Origin: Ranitomeya imitator
Taxonomy: Eukaryota
Direction: 5' to 3'
Assembly: GCF_032444005.1 (NCBI RefSeq)
Contig: NC_091289.1
Coordinates: 172,360,001 to 172,424,000 of the forward strand
DNA length: 64,000 nt
In this document: positions 12,071 through 25,215 of the stretch, in pieces
Position numbering within the stretch: position 1 is the first letter of the stretch
Layout of the letters: each line of letters opens with the position of its first letter
Program-made: the position numbers and the translations under genes
The notes under the pieces: model-generated
Databases searched by the model: none
Told to the model about the DNA's origin: nothing
Seen by the model: the letters and a program-made list of their open reading frames with translations, nothing else

Positions 12071-13089
12071 AAGTTTGTGGGTGCAACGTGAAAAAAATGT
12101 AAAAAAGTTAATGGGTATGAACATTTTTGTCAAGGCAGTGTAGATAGATAGATAGATAGATAGACAGTTTATAACACTGATGTACTGTATAATTTTACTC
12201 CTTAGATCACCAAACAATATCATTAGATCTGAGTAGCGGATATTATATGTTAATATTATTAGATCAAACATGTCATAACTAACAGAATTCCAGAGGAATG
12301 AATGTGCCGGAGGGGATACAGAAGGGAAACATGAATTATTATAAGAGAATTATCTCTGGGGAGGATGTAGGGGGAGATGAGGGATTACTACATTCATTAC
12401 CATTATCTTTATCTTTCATTTCTTTTATAAAATAAATAACGGCCGGGGCCATAACCGTTATTTGATGTCCTTTCCGCTATATACATTAATCATTTTTATA
12501 CCGATAGTTGGATTGTGACATTGGGTAATGAATTTATAAAGAGATTGAGAAGGAAACACCTCATTTGATCCTTGGAGGCTACAAGTCTTGAATCTATAAA
12601 TCCACTTAGCTTTATCCCTATGAGAAGATATTTACATCGCCTTTCTGAAGTCTCAGATTTGTTTGACATAGCCTCCAAAATTTCGAGTCAAGTTTTCCTT
12701 TGTGCATTTAAAAAATAGCTTGTTTTGTAACATGACTTATTTTATTGTTGTTAGACATTAAAATGTATCATACCTACAAGAAAATTGTTGTGTTTCTCTT
12801 ACTGAGAGCAATCAATCCCTTGTGTATATCTCATTTTTATAGTGACCGATGTATCCAAACTGATGTTTAGAAATTCTTCCTTGCGTTTCATTTTCTGTCT
12901 CACCTAGTGAGGGAGATCCTCAAAGCCCTTGGTCCAAATGAGCAGTTGTTATGCAGGACGAACAGATGATATTGGCGCAGCAAAGAAATCCAGATGGAAC
13001 AAGAATGCTGTAGTGGCGAAACGGCAACATAAACAAATGAAAGTCATGGATCCAATGAAGCAAGGTTAAGTCAACTCAGAGATATAGCA

Positions 13090-13690
13090 GAGCTGGTGAC
13101 TCGGATAAACTTATCCTCAGAAGCAGAGGTGACTCTTGGTCTTCCTTTCCTGGGGCGGTCCTCATGTGAGCCAGTTTCTTTGTAGCGTTTGATGGTTTTT
13201 GCAACTGCACTTGGGGACACTTTCCAAGTTTTCTCAATTTTTCGGACTGACCGACCTTCATTTCCTAAAGTAATGATGGCCACTCGTTTTTCTTTACTTA
13301 GCCACTTATTTCTTGCTATAATACAAATTCTAACAGTCTATTCAGTAGGACTATCAGCTGTGTTTCCACCAGACTTCTGCACAACACAACTGATGGTCCC
13401 AACCCCATTTATAAGGCAAGAAATCCCACTTATTAAATCTGACAGGGCACACTTGTAAAGTGAAAACCATTTCTGGTGACTACCTCTTGGAGCTCATCAA
13501 GAGAATGCCAAGAGTGTGCAAAGCAGTCATCAAAGCAAAAGGTGGCTACTTTGAAGAACCTAGAATATAAGACATAATTTCAGCTGTTTCACACTTTTTT
13601 TGTTAAGTATATAATTCCACATGTGTTAATTCATAGTTTTGATTCTTTCAGTGTGAATTTACAATTTTCATAGTCATGAAAATACAGAAA
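13090..13690 (-). mobile_element. Truncated Tc1-like element with transposase N-terminal fragment
   Basis: ORF 13071-13283 IITLGNEGRSVRKIEKTWKVSPSAVAKTIKRYKETGSHEDRPRKGRPRVTS (HTH plus GRPR AT-hook-like motif); Tc1-type leader upstream. Confidence 0.85.
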
Positions 13691-14413
13691 AAAAAAAAAT
13701 ATATATTTTTGGTAATTTGTTTTTGTTTTTCATTTCATGACCTGCATTTATAGACTTGTACGTCCTGTCCTTTAAGGAAATGCACATGTACATTGGCAGC
13801 AATAGACTGATCACCACCCTATCTTTTATATTGAAGCATCTAATGAGCCTGTGCAAAGATGGAAGGAGATGGTGGGAGCAAGGTCAGCTTTTGTGATTGA
13901 GGGATCTTGTTTTATCAGCTATGTATAGAAGTGTTATCAGTCATAGTAATCCTGCCTGTGATAAGCAAGACTTTTTAGTGTAAAATAGCCCCAGTGACTT
14001 TATTAAAAATTGCAAAGTTTCTAATTTTTTAATTAAAAAAAATGTGATAAAAAAATCACAAACATTAGAAAATGCAATATTGTTTAAATGAATAAAGTTA
14101 AAACAAAAAAAAGGTTTTGTTGGGGTTTTATTTTTGCCCCCCCCCCCCAAAAAAAAGAACAAAACCTTGTTTTGTTTTAATTTTATTTATTTATTTAAAC
14201 AATATGACATTTTCTAATTATACCTTTACTGTATGAGAGTTTAACCTGAATATTAAAGGACGCCGTGGTGTAATATCAGCAAGACTGGGCAGATGTAGCT
14301 CTCACAGGGCTGCAGGTGAATTTTTATTTGCACATAGATAATATATATGAGACCCCTTCATGGAAAATGGGAAATCAATCTATGTATAACCTATTACTGT
14401 ATATTATAATTAA

Positions 14414-15607
14414 CCCCTTATTGACCTCGGACGGGATAGTACGTCCGATGTCAGCTCCCCTGCTTTGATGCAGGGCTCCGCGGTGAGCCCGCATCAAAGC
14501 CGGGACATGTCAGCTGTTTTCAACAGCTGACATGTGCCCGCAATAGCGGCGGGTGAAATCGCGATTCACCCGCCGCTATTAACTAGTTAAATGCCGCTGT
14601 CAAACGCAGACAGCGGCATTTAACTACCGCATCCGGCCGGGCGGCCGGAAATGATGTCATCGCCGACCCCCGTCACATGATCGGGGGTCGGCGATGCTTC
14701 TCCATTGTAACCATAGAGGTCCTTGAGACCTCTATGGTTACTGATCGCCGGTAGCTGTGAGCGCCACCCTGTGGTCGGCGCTCACAGCACACCTGATTTT
14801 CTACTACATAGCAGCGAACATAGGATCGCTGCTATGTAGCAGAAGCGATCAGGTTGTGCCTGCTTCTAGCCTCCCATGGAGGCTATTGAAGCATGGCAAA
14901 AGTTAAAAAAAAGTTTAAAAAAATGTGAAAAAAATAAAAAAATATAAAAGTTTAAATCACCCCCCTTTCGCCCCAATCAAAATGAATCAATAAAAAAAAA
15001 TCAAACCTACACATATTTGGTATCGCCGCGTTCAGAATCGCCCGATCTATAAAAAAAAAAGCAATAACCTGACCGCTAAACGGCGTAACGAGAAAAAAAT
15101 CGAAACGCCAGAATTACGTGTTTTTGGTCGCCGCGACATTGCATTAAAATGCAATAACGGGCGATCAAATGAACGTATCTGCACCGAATTGGAATCATTA
15201 AAAACGCCAGCTCGGCACGCAAAAAATAAGCCCTCACCCGACCCCAGATCTTGAAAAATGGAGACGCTACGAGTATCAGAAAATGGCACTTTTTTTTTTT
15301 TTTTTTTAGCAAAGAATCATAATGTCAGGTCAGTTTTAGCATTTAGTGAACCTAGCAAAAAAGCCAAACAAAAAACAAGTGTGGGATTGCACTTTTTTGC
15401 AATTTCACCGCACTTGGAATTTTTTTCCCGTTTTCTAGTACAAGACATGGTAAAACCAATGATGTCGTTCAAAAGTACAACTCGTCCCGCAAAAAATAAG
15501 CCCTCACATGGCCAAATTGACGGAAAAATAAAAAAGTTATGGCTCTGGGAAGGAGGGGAGCGAAAAACGAACACGGAAAAATGGAAAATCCCAAGGTCAT
15601 GAAGGGG
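14414..15607. mobile_element. Non-autonomous piggyBac-like element (1194 bp)
   Basis: TTAA|CCCCTT ... AAGGGG|TTAA (14410-14413 and 15608-15611); several internal palindromes; no transposase. Confidence 0.8.
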
Positions 15608-15699
15608 TTAAAATACTTGACCTTGTTGACCTTGCTGCATTCTTACCTTTGCAAGAACCAACAAAGGATATATTACAAAGTATTGAGATGACATTTTGT

Positions 15700-15903
15700 T
15701 TCTGACCAAATACTTATTTTCCACCATAATATGCAAAAAAAATGATAAAAAAAACAGACAATGTGATTTTCTGGATTTTTTTTTCTCAGTTTGTCTCCCA
15801 TAGTTGAGGTCTACCTATGATGTAAATTACAGACGCCTCTCATCTTTTTAAGTGGTGGAACTTGCACTATTGCTGACTGACTAAATACTTTTTTGCCCCA
15901 CTG
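15700..15903. mobile_element. Solitary ~200-bp Tc1-type long terminal inverted repeat
   Basis: Ends ...AAATACTTTTTTGCCCCACTG|TA, with an internal second AAATACTT motif as in IR/DR-type ends. Confidence 0.7.
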
Positions 15904-16384
15904 TATACTCCACAAATTTGCACTGATCGAGAAAATGAAGGAAACGCACCTGAAGAAATAAAATAAAATGTCTTTATCTCCAAGGAGACGCATCTATTTA
16001 AAAAAAAAAATTGTGATTTTGCCTTTTGTTCCTTGACAACTGTATTTTACTGTACATAGCTGTATGTATGAGAACTCGCTTTTTGCGGGGTTTTTGTGCT
16101 AAATGAGCTAAATTTTTTATTGGTATAATGTTTGGGGTCCAAACGAATTTGTGATGTCTCTTCATTTATTTTTGTAGTGGGGGGAGATGGTGGGCCGTTA
16201 TAATTTTTTTTCTGGCTATGTGTGTATCTTTTTCTGTGAGCCATATTTTATTAGTTCAGATAATGTGGCACACGGCAATAACAAATATGACTTTTATTCT
16301 ATTTTTTTTAGCTTTCGCTATTTACAGTTGGAGAAAAGGGGAGTGAATTTGCACTTTTATATTTAAAAAAAAATACTTTTTACA

Positions 16385-16446
16385 AATATATATATATATG
16401 TATATATATATAGATGTATAACTATATATATACAGTATATGCACAT

Positions 16447-16505
<59 letters not shown>
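16385..16505. repeat. Compound (TA)n/(CA)n microsatellite
   Basis: Directly visible; lies in a degenerate non-autonomous DNA-transposon remnant. Confidence 0.9.
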
Positions 16506-16508
<3 letters not shown>

Positions 16509-17001
16509 GATCGCCTACTCTGCAATAGTGGCATTGGTAATTTAACCATCTCCTGTGAAGCCCAGACTGGGCTTCATAAGTGTAGTAACATGGCAGACAG
16601 TGGGGTCTTCAGTAGGCCTCGCTGCTATGACAATCCACCAGCACCCCATGATCGTATCGTACTGGGGTGAGGGTGTAATGAGAGTTTGAAGCAACCGCCC
16701 CCCCATTCCTAATCTTTTAAACACCATTGCAGTTCCCATTGGGTGCTGGCTGTATAATGCAACCTACACCCGTAGTTTATGGAGCGGGCTCACCTCCTGA
16801 GCCGGCTCCATATAGTGATTGTGCACTTACACCGTAGTTTTACAGCACACATCACCACGTCACCAGGGATAGTCTACACTGAGATTCGGACAACATATCT
16901 ACTCCAGATTTCTTCAAGTGTACAATTTTCATAAATGACTATCTACATCCAACCTAGCTGGAGTAATGATATAGTGTAAATATGTGACGTCTAGCTATTA
17001 A

Positions 17002-18170
17002 AGGGTTTTTCCCCCAAAAAAACTATTATTGCCGCAAAGGCTTGTGTAGATCTGTAGTAGCAAACACCGGTCCAGCACCAACTCTTTGCTGCTGCTCCAG
17101 TCTTAGTTTATATGCCGCAGCCGTCATGTCACGCCTACAGCACACATTAGTGATGCAGCCAATTGCTAAGCTCAGTGGTTCTCTGATAGACATGGCAAGA
17201 GCCACTCAGCTCAGAGATTGGCTGCAGCAGTGACATCACAACTACATCGGTGACATCATGACTACAGCACATGACCACTGCAGCCAATCGCTGAGCTCAG
17301 CACTAATGTGAGGTAGATGGCGTGAGCGACTGAGTTCCGAGATTGCAGCGGTGATGTGTGCTGTAGTCGTAGAGTCACTGCTATAGCCAATCACTGATCT
17401 CATATAACAACAAGCTTGGCGGCGAAACGTGCGTCAAGGGGTTCCTGGTGCACAGTGGGTGAGCGGTCCGATTACCATATGGGTAAGCATATAGTGGTTA
17501 GCACTCATTGATTTATGCATTAGCATTTACTCCATGAGGTACTATTCCTGGACAGCGGGGATGGTTGCAGGAATCAACCCTGATTAAATGGGATAGTATG
17601 AAAGGTTCCTGACTGCTGGCATTTTTCTTGCCCCCGGACACATATTCCGCTCCCCATATACACCAGTACTGCTGGAGTACTCTCCTTATTTTCAATCTGT
17701 TACGGTGCATAATTGTAAATTTTATTCTTTGATCATAGAATTTTTGTATACTTGCATTTAATAAAGCTATTGAAATTTTACTATGTTGTTTGGGATTTTT
17801 CTACTCCGTTTTCTTGTTGTTATACGTGATTGTTGGAGTAGCCCTGGTAAACCAGTGTATCTGGTTAATATAAGTGGGAGAGCTTTACTATATTACTCTC
17901 AGCCCCATAATATACATGTGCTTCGTGATTCTTTGTTTGATAATCACTGATCTCAGCAGCTTTCCGATGTAGACGGCATGCACCATTTAGATCAATGATT
18001 GTCTGCAGCTGTCATGTAGCCATAATGTTACCGCTGCATCCTGTGAACAAAGACTGGAGCACTGGAGGGGAACCAGTGCTGGACCTGGGAAGGGTGAGTA
18101 ACTGCTGTATTTATTATTGTATCATTATACGAACCGCTGCTGAAAATAAAGTTTATCATGAAAAAACCCT
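17002..18170. mobile_element. T2/Kolobok-type MITE containing a Penelope insertion
   Basis: TTAA|AGGGTTTTT ... AAAAACCCT|TTAA; internal repeated CAGCCAAT...GCTCAG motifs. Confidence 0.75.
17403..17941 (+). mobile_element. Penelope-like pseudo-LTR fragment
   Basis: Begins with a 3' half hammerhead motif (GC...GC-GAAA-CGTGCG-TC), has AATAAA at ~17760, and is flanked by the 14-bp direct repeat AATCACTGATCTCA (17389-17402 and 17942-17955). Confidence 0.55.
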
Positions 18171-19720
18171 TTAACCAAAAAAATGTTTGGAGCACGTATT
18201 CATTGCCTGGTTAAATGATAACATAAATGTATATCTAGAAGTTATGGTTTATGAACTGAAAAGCAAAAAACCCTCAGGGAATAATCAACATCATGTAGCA
18301 TATCTAAATATATGACATACAAATGCACACCTTGTGTTCTGTGAACTCAGCATATACAGGCGTCTCATTAGAAGCAGTGTGTTATCATGTCTATGGGGAG
18401 TTGACTATTTGCTTTACATAATTATGTTCCAATTTCCTTTTCGGGCAGATTATTTGCACCTTTGGGGAATATACTTGCACTGTGATTAGATTACTGTCTT
18501 GGCTTCATTTGATTCAGGCTGTTTAATTTTTTCCAATCATTTAGTCGGAAATGTTATTAAAAAAATGCATAATCTTATATAGCTTGCGCTACTCTGCCTC
18601 TGTTAATGCCGCCATGTTTTTTATGCTTTCCTCTCTTGCTGTTTTTATTTATTTTTTATTTTTTTGGCTGGATCTTCTGACAGCACTATTGCAGATTTTG
18701 CAAAAGCTGGCGGTGTGTGCAGTGCTGCCTGAACTTACCAGCAGGATGTGGCCAGCCTCCTTTCCTTTACTTGAGTTTGCACTGCTAATGCGCTATAAGA
18801 AACAAGGAGGAAAGTGGAATACGGGAATACAGCTAGGGAGATAGATAACAGACAGTGCTGGGGTGTAGAGGGGAGGCCCAGAAAATACATGTGGGGAGAG
18901 GAGAGAGAACCCCACTGATCATAAAACTTTACACTCTACAGGCGAAAGAGATAGGGAGAGAGGACCCTGCTGACCATAAGAGCTTGCACTTCACAGGAGA
19001 GAGAACTTAAGGCCGGGGTCGAGGACATAAAACATGGATGAGCGTTATCCAAAGGCACTTGGCCCAGTGTAATTTCATGGGGCAGTGTAGATCTGTGATT
19101 ATTTTCTCATGTCGATTTTGCAGCATGCTACGAGTGCCAGCACGACGTCATCCCAGTGAAGTCCGATATACACTGAGACAGGAAATGGAGCAGATGGAGA
19201 AATTACTTTCTCTGTCTCCTCCGCACAAGAGGATCGGAGCACAGTACACTTACACTCGGCTCACGCTCCCAGTAGAGCTTCAGCCGAGTGACATTAGCAT
19301 ATCTCATCTGATGCAACTGGTGTTATTCCAGCCTTACCCAGTGACTTTTGAGATGGAAAACGCCTCTGCCGTACAAACTGTGCCCCACTGAGAGCCGCTG
19401 ATCTGTGATGGCCCCGGTACTGACCTCCTATACAAGGTATAGTAATCTGCCAGATGTCATTGCTCCAGAGCACTATGAACACAGAAACACAGATCATAAT
19501 CATTTCACATTTCTCAAGAGGGCAAATTTAAGTCAACTTGTAATAAACTTCCATTCTGAAAAGTGATAATGATAAGTGCTTTCTACACCTCATGTGATGT
19601 CACATCCTTCGCTCTGGGCTACATGAAAATTACCAAATTATACACTTATTAATAATGTTGCAGAAATCTAATTAAGAGATGGTGGTTTGTCGTTAGCACT
19701 TGCCTCGAAGCCAATAATAT

Positions 19721-20406
19721 TGTTGTGGGTTTACCGCAACAGAGAGGGACCAGAAGACCACATCGTCTGATTTCTCCTACTCCTGCACTGATTAGAAACA
19801 CTTCACCTTTATATTAAATGATGCATGTTTCTTTTAACAGTGCAGGGGTTAATCTGATCAGTTGAGAGCTCCTGGAAGCTTTCCTGCATTAAGGCTCACA
19901 GCTTTTCACTGTTAGCCACTCCCATCTCCTATATAATCTGGGCCCTGGCAAGCACTCATTGTCAGAGTTAGCTTATGCTGTATGGCTGTAGGTTGATGGT
20001 TATTATTGGAGAAAGGTATTTGGTGGATTTATCTAAGACTGTTGCTAGGTTTTGGGTGTGTGCTATTTCCCCTTCTTCTCCTACTTTGGTTTTACCCCAT
20101 CCTCCTCTCCCTGTTGTTTACCTCTGTTGTTTGTGTGAGTATATTTGTACGAGTGGTAATTTCCTTTATCCCTGTTCGTATAACCTTGTTAGTCTAGTTG
20201 GTGTATTATGGTACACTACTACTCCCCTCTTCCCTGGGTGGGGGAAGGGTACAGGCTGAGGGAGGATTCAGGAGCTAAGGCAATATACGTGACCTAGGCT
20301 CACCATCAGAAGTAATCTGGGGAACAGGGTGAACTAGGGTGCCCCTAGCATTAAGGGCAGGGAAAGAGCCCCTGGTCCTGGGACATCCAACAACAGAGTT
20401 GTGACA
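19721..20406 (+). mobile_element. Probable solo LTR (gypsy-type)
   Basis: TG...GTGACA termini, TATATAA near 19930, G-rich 3' third; no clean TSD. Confidence 0.5.
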
Positions 20407-21009
20407 TTTATCTTCTGTACTGTGGTTGGGGCATGGTGATTAATTTAAGCAAAATAGATGAACAATATTTATGCAAAATCATATTGTAAGTTTTTTAAAT
20501 TATGGATTTCCATTCATCAATAGATTTTTGAATGAGGCATGGTGGAGGTTCACTTAAAGGTAACCTGTGACCAGATTTTCCCAATATAAAGTAAGGCCAT
20601 CACCTTTAAGGCCTCTTTTACAGCAATCAACTAAGCTGTGTGTATGTCCACAATCCCCTCTACAGATCCTAAAAAGATTAATTATTGTACCCACATACAG
20701 TGCGGTCCGATGGGCGTCTCCGGTCTTGATCCGGTGCCTTCTCTTTTCCTACAATCACTGTCCTCCTTCTCTGACAAGAAACCTTAATTGCTGTAAAGAT
20801 TAGGTTTCTCGGTTTATATGTAAGGGAAGTGATATTATTATTGTTCCTTTTTCTCCCCTACCCTTGTTTGCACTTTGCCTTTTATTAATGTGTTCATGTA
20901 CCATGTAATACTGCTACATTATGTAAATGTATTATCACTATTTATATGGGTACTGTTATGCATAAAGCGTATTACTCATGTTGTATATATGTCACATATG
21001 CACCACTGT

Positions 21010-21905
21010 TGTTAGGGAAAGTAAGTGCCCCGAGCCAGTTTAGTGTTAGGGGAGTAGTATCCCTAGTTGTTCGCTAGAGGGGGCATCATAGGCTTAGGTT
21101 TAGGGATAGCATAGGGAATAGTTAAGATAGGAGGGGCACGATGGGGATAAGACAGGTCTTTCTGTTTCAGTTCAGTTGGGGCCTGGGCGCCCACACAGCT
21201 CACAGAGGGCTGGCTAGCCTAGGGCACATTGTGCCCCACAACGTTCTTCTAGGAAGAGTGGGCCCAGCAGTTGTATCAAGGGGGCCAGAACAAAGAACAG
21301 AGAGTTTAGCAGCTACAGAATCAGCAGTGCAGCATAAGTGGGACTGCAGCTGCTGGACAGAAGAAGGCTGAGCAAAGTGGGAGAAAGTGCACCAAGATGT
21401 GGCAGATTTTTGCGTGGGCCGCTATTCTCAGGACCGGGGCGAAGCGGCAGGGAATATCCCCACGAAAGGCAGAAATACTGGACATTGAGGACACTGAGGG
21501 ACCGCATAGTATGGACCGTCTCGAACGCAGGCTTAGCAACAGGTAGGGGTCAGAGACACCGGTGCCTGATGCTGTAACAGTGTGTGCCGTGGATGACAAG
21601 TTGCTGGGTAAACATGTAGTTGAAGTGAAACTGGACTGTGACTCTTTATTCTTGGAATCGTCTGCAGAGGTAACAGTCATGTACCGGGAAAACCCTGATG
21701 GCACAGAGGAGCAGCACAGAGGTACTTTAAAGGCATGGGACCAGCGGGTGATACAGGGATTACTGTCGACCATGACTACCTCCCTGGCTCCCCCCTTCCT
21801 ACATATATACTGTAGACTCTACAGGAATCTACAGTGCTGTACAAGGGTTAACTATGAGCTGACGAGGGAGCTTAGTGACAAGTAATGGCTGTATCATGAC
21901 TAACA
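21010..21905. mobile_element. LTR-like remnant
   Basis: TGTTAG...CTAACA inverted termini around a purine/GC-rich segment; no TSD. Confidence 0.35.
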
Positions 21906-23238
21906 CGTTTTCTGCTATCCGAGACATTGCTAGGTAGAGTGCACTCGCTATAAACGAATAAACGGCAGTTAGATAAGTGCAAACCGTGATACATTTCTAA
22001 TTATGCTAAAAATAAACCTCCACGTGTGGCAATTAGCCAGTCTGATATACATTTACTGCAGTTATGGAAATTTCACGTTATAAAGTTTTGTTCATTAGTT
22101 AATTGTCTCATTGCCCCAGGGTTGTCGAGAATTACCAAAATATTAATTTTCATAGAAATTTTGGGGCCCCAATTGATTTTCAGGGTTTCAATGGAGGTGA
22201 CTGAGGGCCCCAGGTGACCATTTGGATGCTGTGGTCGGTGTTCACCACAGCATCTAAAGATTCAAACTGCAGCGATCAGAGGTAGCTCCGATCGCAGCAG
22301 TTACCGTCGGGTACACCTTGCAGTGGCAATATGAAGGAAGCCCAAGACGTTCCTATGCTCTGCAGATACCTGTTATTAGGCATAAGCACAGTAAGAATGG
22401 AGTAGGGGAAACGGCTGCAGATATCGCTCACCAGTGTCCATTCTGAAGTGGCAAGAGCAATCACAGGGAATTTGAATGGGAACTATTACCCCCCCCCCCC
22501 CCAGCATTGTTTTATACAGCCAACGGGGTCTAGCTATTGCAGGTACACAGGAAGCAGTTGCTTCAGGGTCCTGGTGCCTAGGTGGTCCCAAACATCCAAG
22601 TAGCATTAATGGTAAATGATAGGTGGACTCTTTTGTTTTGACTTTTGCATTTTACACCCACGGAGGGACAGCTCAGATGTTTCGTATATATATTTGCACC
22701 CCTATGTTATGCATTGTTCATTACTGCATTGTATGTTGGCCTTTTAATTAAATTATTATTACCCCTTATATATAAAATACCATATATATACAGAGAATAC
22801 GCCATAAATGTCAGATAGATGTGGATCCCACCCCTCTATTAGAGGGAGTGAGGGGAGAGACATACAAATAGCTTCTTCAGAGAGGGCTTGGATATTAAAG
22901 ACACCAATTGGACAAAGAAATCCTAAAAGACAATGAGGACCCTTTAACGAGCCTCACCACATGTCTTAGGATAAAAGCCAAACCAGACACACCATTTGCA
23001 GACAAATGTTTAGGAGTGTTTGCCTCTCATCAGTGAATGTCCCCCTGGAAGATCTGGATTTAGACGGCCATGAAAGGTAATGAATCACAGGTCTTCTTTA
23101 GAGACAGTGTTGATTTGTGTCCCACATTAAATGGATTTAGTTTCCTCTGGTGCGGAAGAGGTCAGAAACATACCGCTCCATTTCAGCTGCTTTAGATTTG
23201 GTCATTACCTCTTCCTATAAAAACTAATCGGAGCTTCT

Positions 23239-24339
23239 TGTCCCTGCCAGTGAAAGATTCGTCTTCCTGTCCTGTGTGCTTGTAGCCCCGGATCTCTGCC
23301 TGCAGTCCCTCTATCCCTGCAGAGACACCAGCCTACTCACCACCAAGGCTCCTGTCCTGCTCCTTCCAGGTCTGCTGCTGCCCAGGGTGCATGCATTGCT
23401 AGCACTTCCTCTTTCTTAAAGAGGCCGCACGCATTCATCTTAAGTGTCCCCAGCCAATGGCTGGAGGTCACTAACTATTTGAACTGCCTCCTCCAACATG
23501 GCGGTGCCAGTTCTCAAGTCCCTGTACTTGCATCTCAGTCTTCCTTCAATGGTAGCCAAGCCAGTTGCACCCACCAGTGCTTTCCTCAATGGTAGCCGAG
23601 CAAGTTGCACCTGCCAGTGCTTTCCTCAATGGCAGCCAAGCCAGCTGCACCCGCCGCTGCTCACCTCTCCATCAGACTCTTCTGTCTGCACCTGGGGTTC
23701 CTGTTATCTTCTCTGCCTGCATCTGTTGGACATTCCCCCAGTTCATTCCAGCTATCCGTACCTATGGGTCAGCCACCATATACCCAAGATCAGTCCTGGA
23801 GTAGCACCTGGATCACCTACCTTGTCTCGCCATGGACTGTGGTGTCATCAGCTGTAGCGTGTCCGTGGTTGGATTGGGTGAGGCTCCTAGTCACGCCCCT
23901 CCAGGTCTTCCTTGGCCTTTGGCACAGTGGTTCCACCACTCAGCCCATTACAGTGCTAAAGTTAAGTGGTTGGAGTAGAGTTGTATTAGTGTTCTGTGGT
24001 TTGCTGTAGTACTTGTGCATTTATCTCCTGGTCCCTGTTCCCAATTAGTTTATTTCTCCCTGTCCCTATTCTCCTCCCTATTGTTGGCTTATGCTTTTGT
24101 ATGATAAAGGTTTTCTGTTATCCTTATTTTGTCATTGTGTCTTCTTTACATTACATTTATGACCCATGCCTCAAGGGGTGGGGGAGGGGACAGACCAGGG
24201 TTTAACAGGAACATAGTAAGGTCGCAGACTCAGTTCTCTCTACCATCAAGAGTACCTTCGGGACCTGGAGAGTTAGGGTCCCAGTTCCAGGGACAGTTTG
24301 AAGCACCCCTTCCTTACTGAAGGCCATCAAAGCATGACA
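23239..24339 (+). mobile_element. Probable solo LTR (gypsy-type)
   Basis: TGTC...TGACA termini, internal ~39-bp triplication near 23550-23650, 3' region resembling 19721-20406; no TSD. Confidence 0.5.
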
Positions 24340-25215
24340 GCAGGATCTGGTCTATGGTTCGTGCAACATAAATCAGCTGGCAGGTTCTCTTTAAGGTCAG
24401 CTTAAGGTTATGGCCATTGGAGTAAAACTACTTGTGATCTCTATTACTTGAAAATCAACAAACTGATATTAAAGGATTGAATATAATTCCACAACATTAG
24501 GACTTTGTAGCCAAATCTAAAAGAGCGGATTACTTTGACGTGCATGAAAAAAGTGTCGGTTTATAACCTTGACTAATGCCTAATTACAAGTATTAATTCT
24601 AGCACAACTCTACCATTAGTAAATATGAAGAATATTTGTAAAGTATATTTATGATAGTCTGGTGCCCCCCCCCCCCCCTCGCCCATCAATAAGAAGCTCC
24701 ATACTCTTATTATTACACGAAGCTCTTATTCCAAAAATTAAGTCCCAACAGCCTTGAGTTTAATAATAAGACTCCGCATTGTTCTTTCTTTCAACCATTA
24801 AATAGACAACATACATTTTTTATATATAGTCATGTAATAAAGAATGTTCTCTCTGTAGGCTTAACAGCACCACTCTAGATTACAGATGCCTGCGAAGGCT
24901 TTAGGTCAATGTGACTAATTGGTATATAGTGTTATTTATAGATCTATAGGTAGATGGAATTCCAAGAAATCCTTCAACACTTTGTGTTATCCCTCCGATT
25001 ACAATGTGTAGAATGAGAAAAGCAGAAAGTCTTTCTGTTGAATCACAGCTAATAAAAATTGATAGTCGCTTCTGTATCAATATTGTAAGAAGTAGAATAC
25101 CATGAGCTAAGTATTTCCCCCCCAAAAATAATATCTGAAAGATTGGAACCATTGATTAAAGGGATGGTGTCAAAGACGCAAATACTTTTAAAATAAAACC
25201 AACACCGTGATCTGA

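Noticed and set aside
12908-13065. Plus-strand peptide with YAGRTDD resembling adenylation motif A8
   Set aside because: Stop codon at the putative acceptor, no QVKIRG continuation, and it lies upstream of the A7-like segment (wrong order).
22790-23220. Possible LINE ORF2 3' fragment on the minus strand
   Set aside because: All frames are broken and no diagnostic motif could be confirmed by eye.
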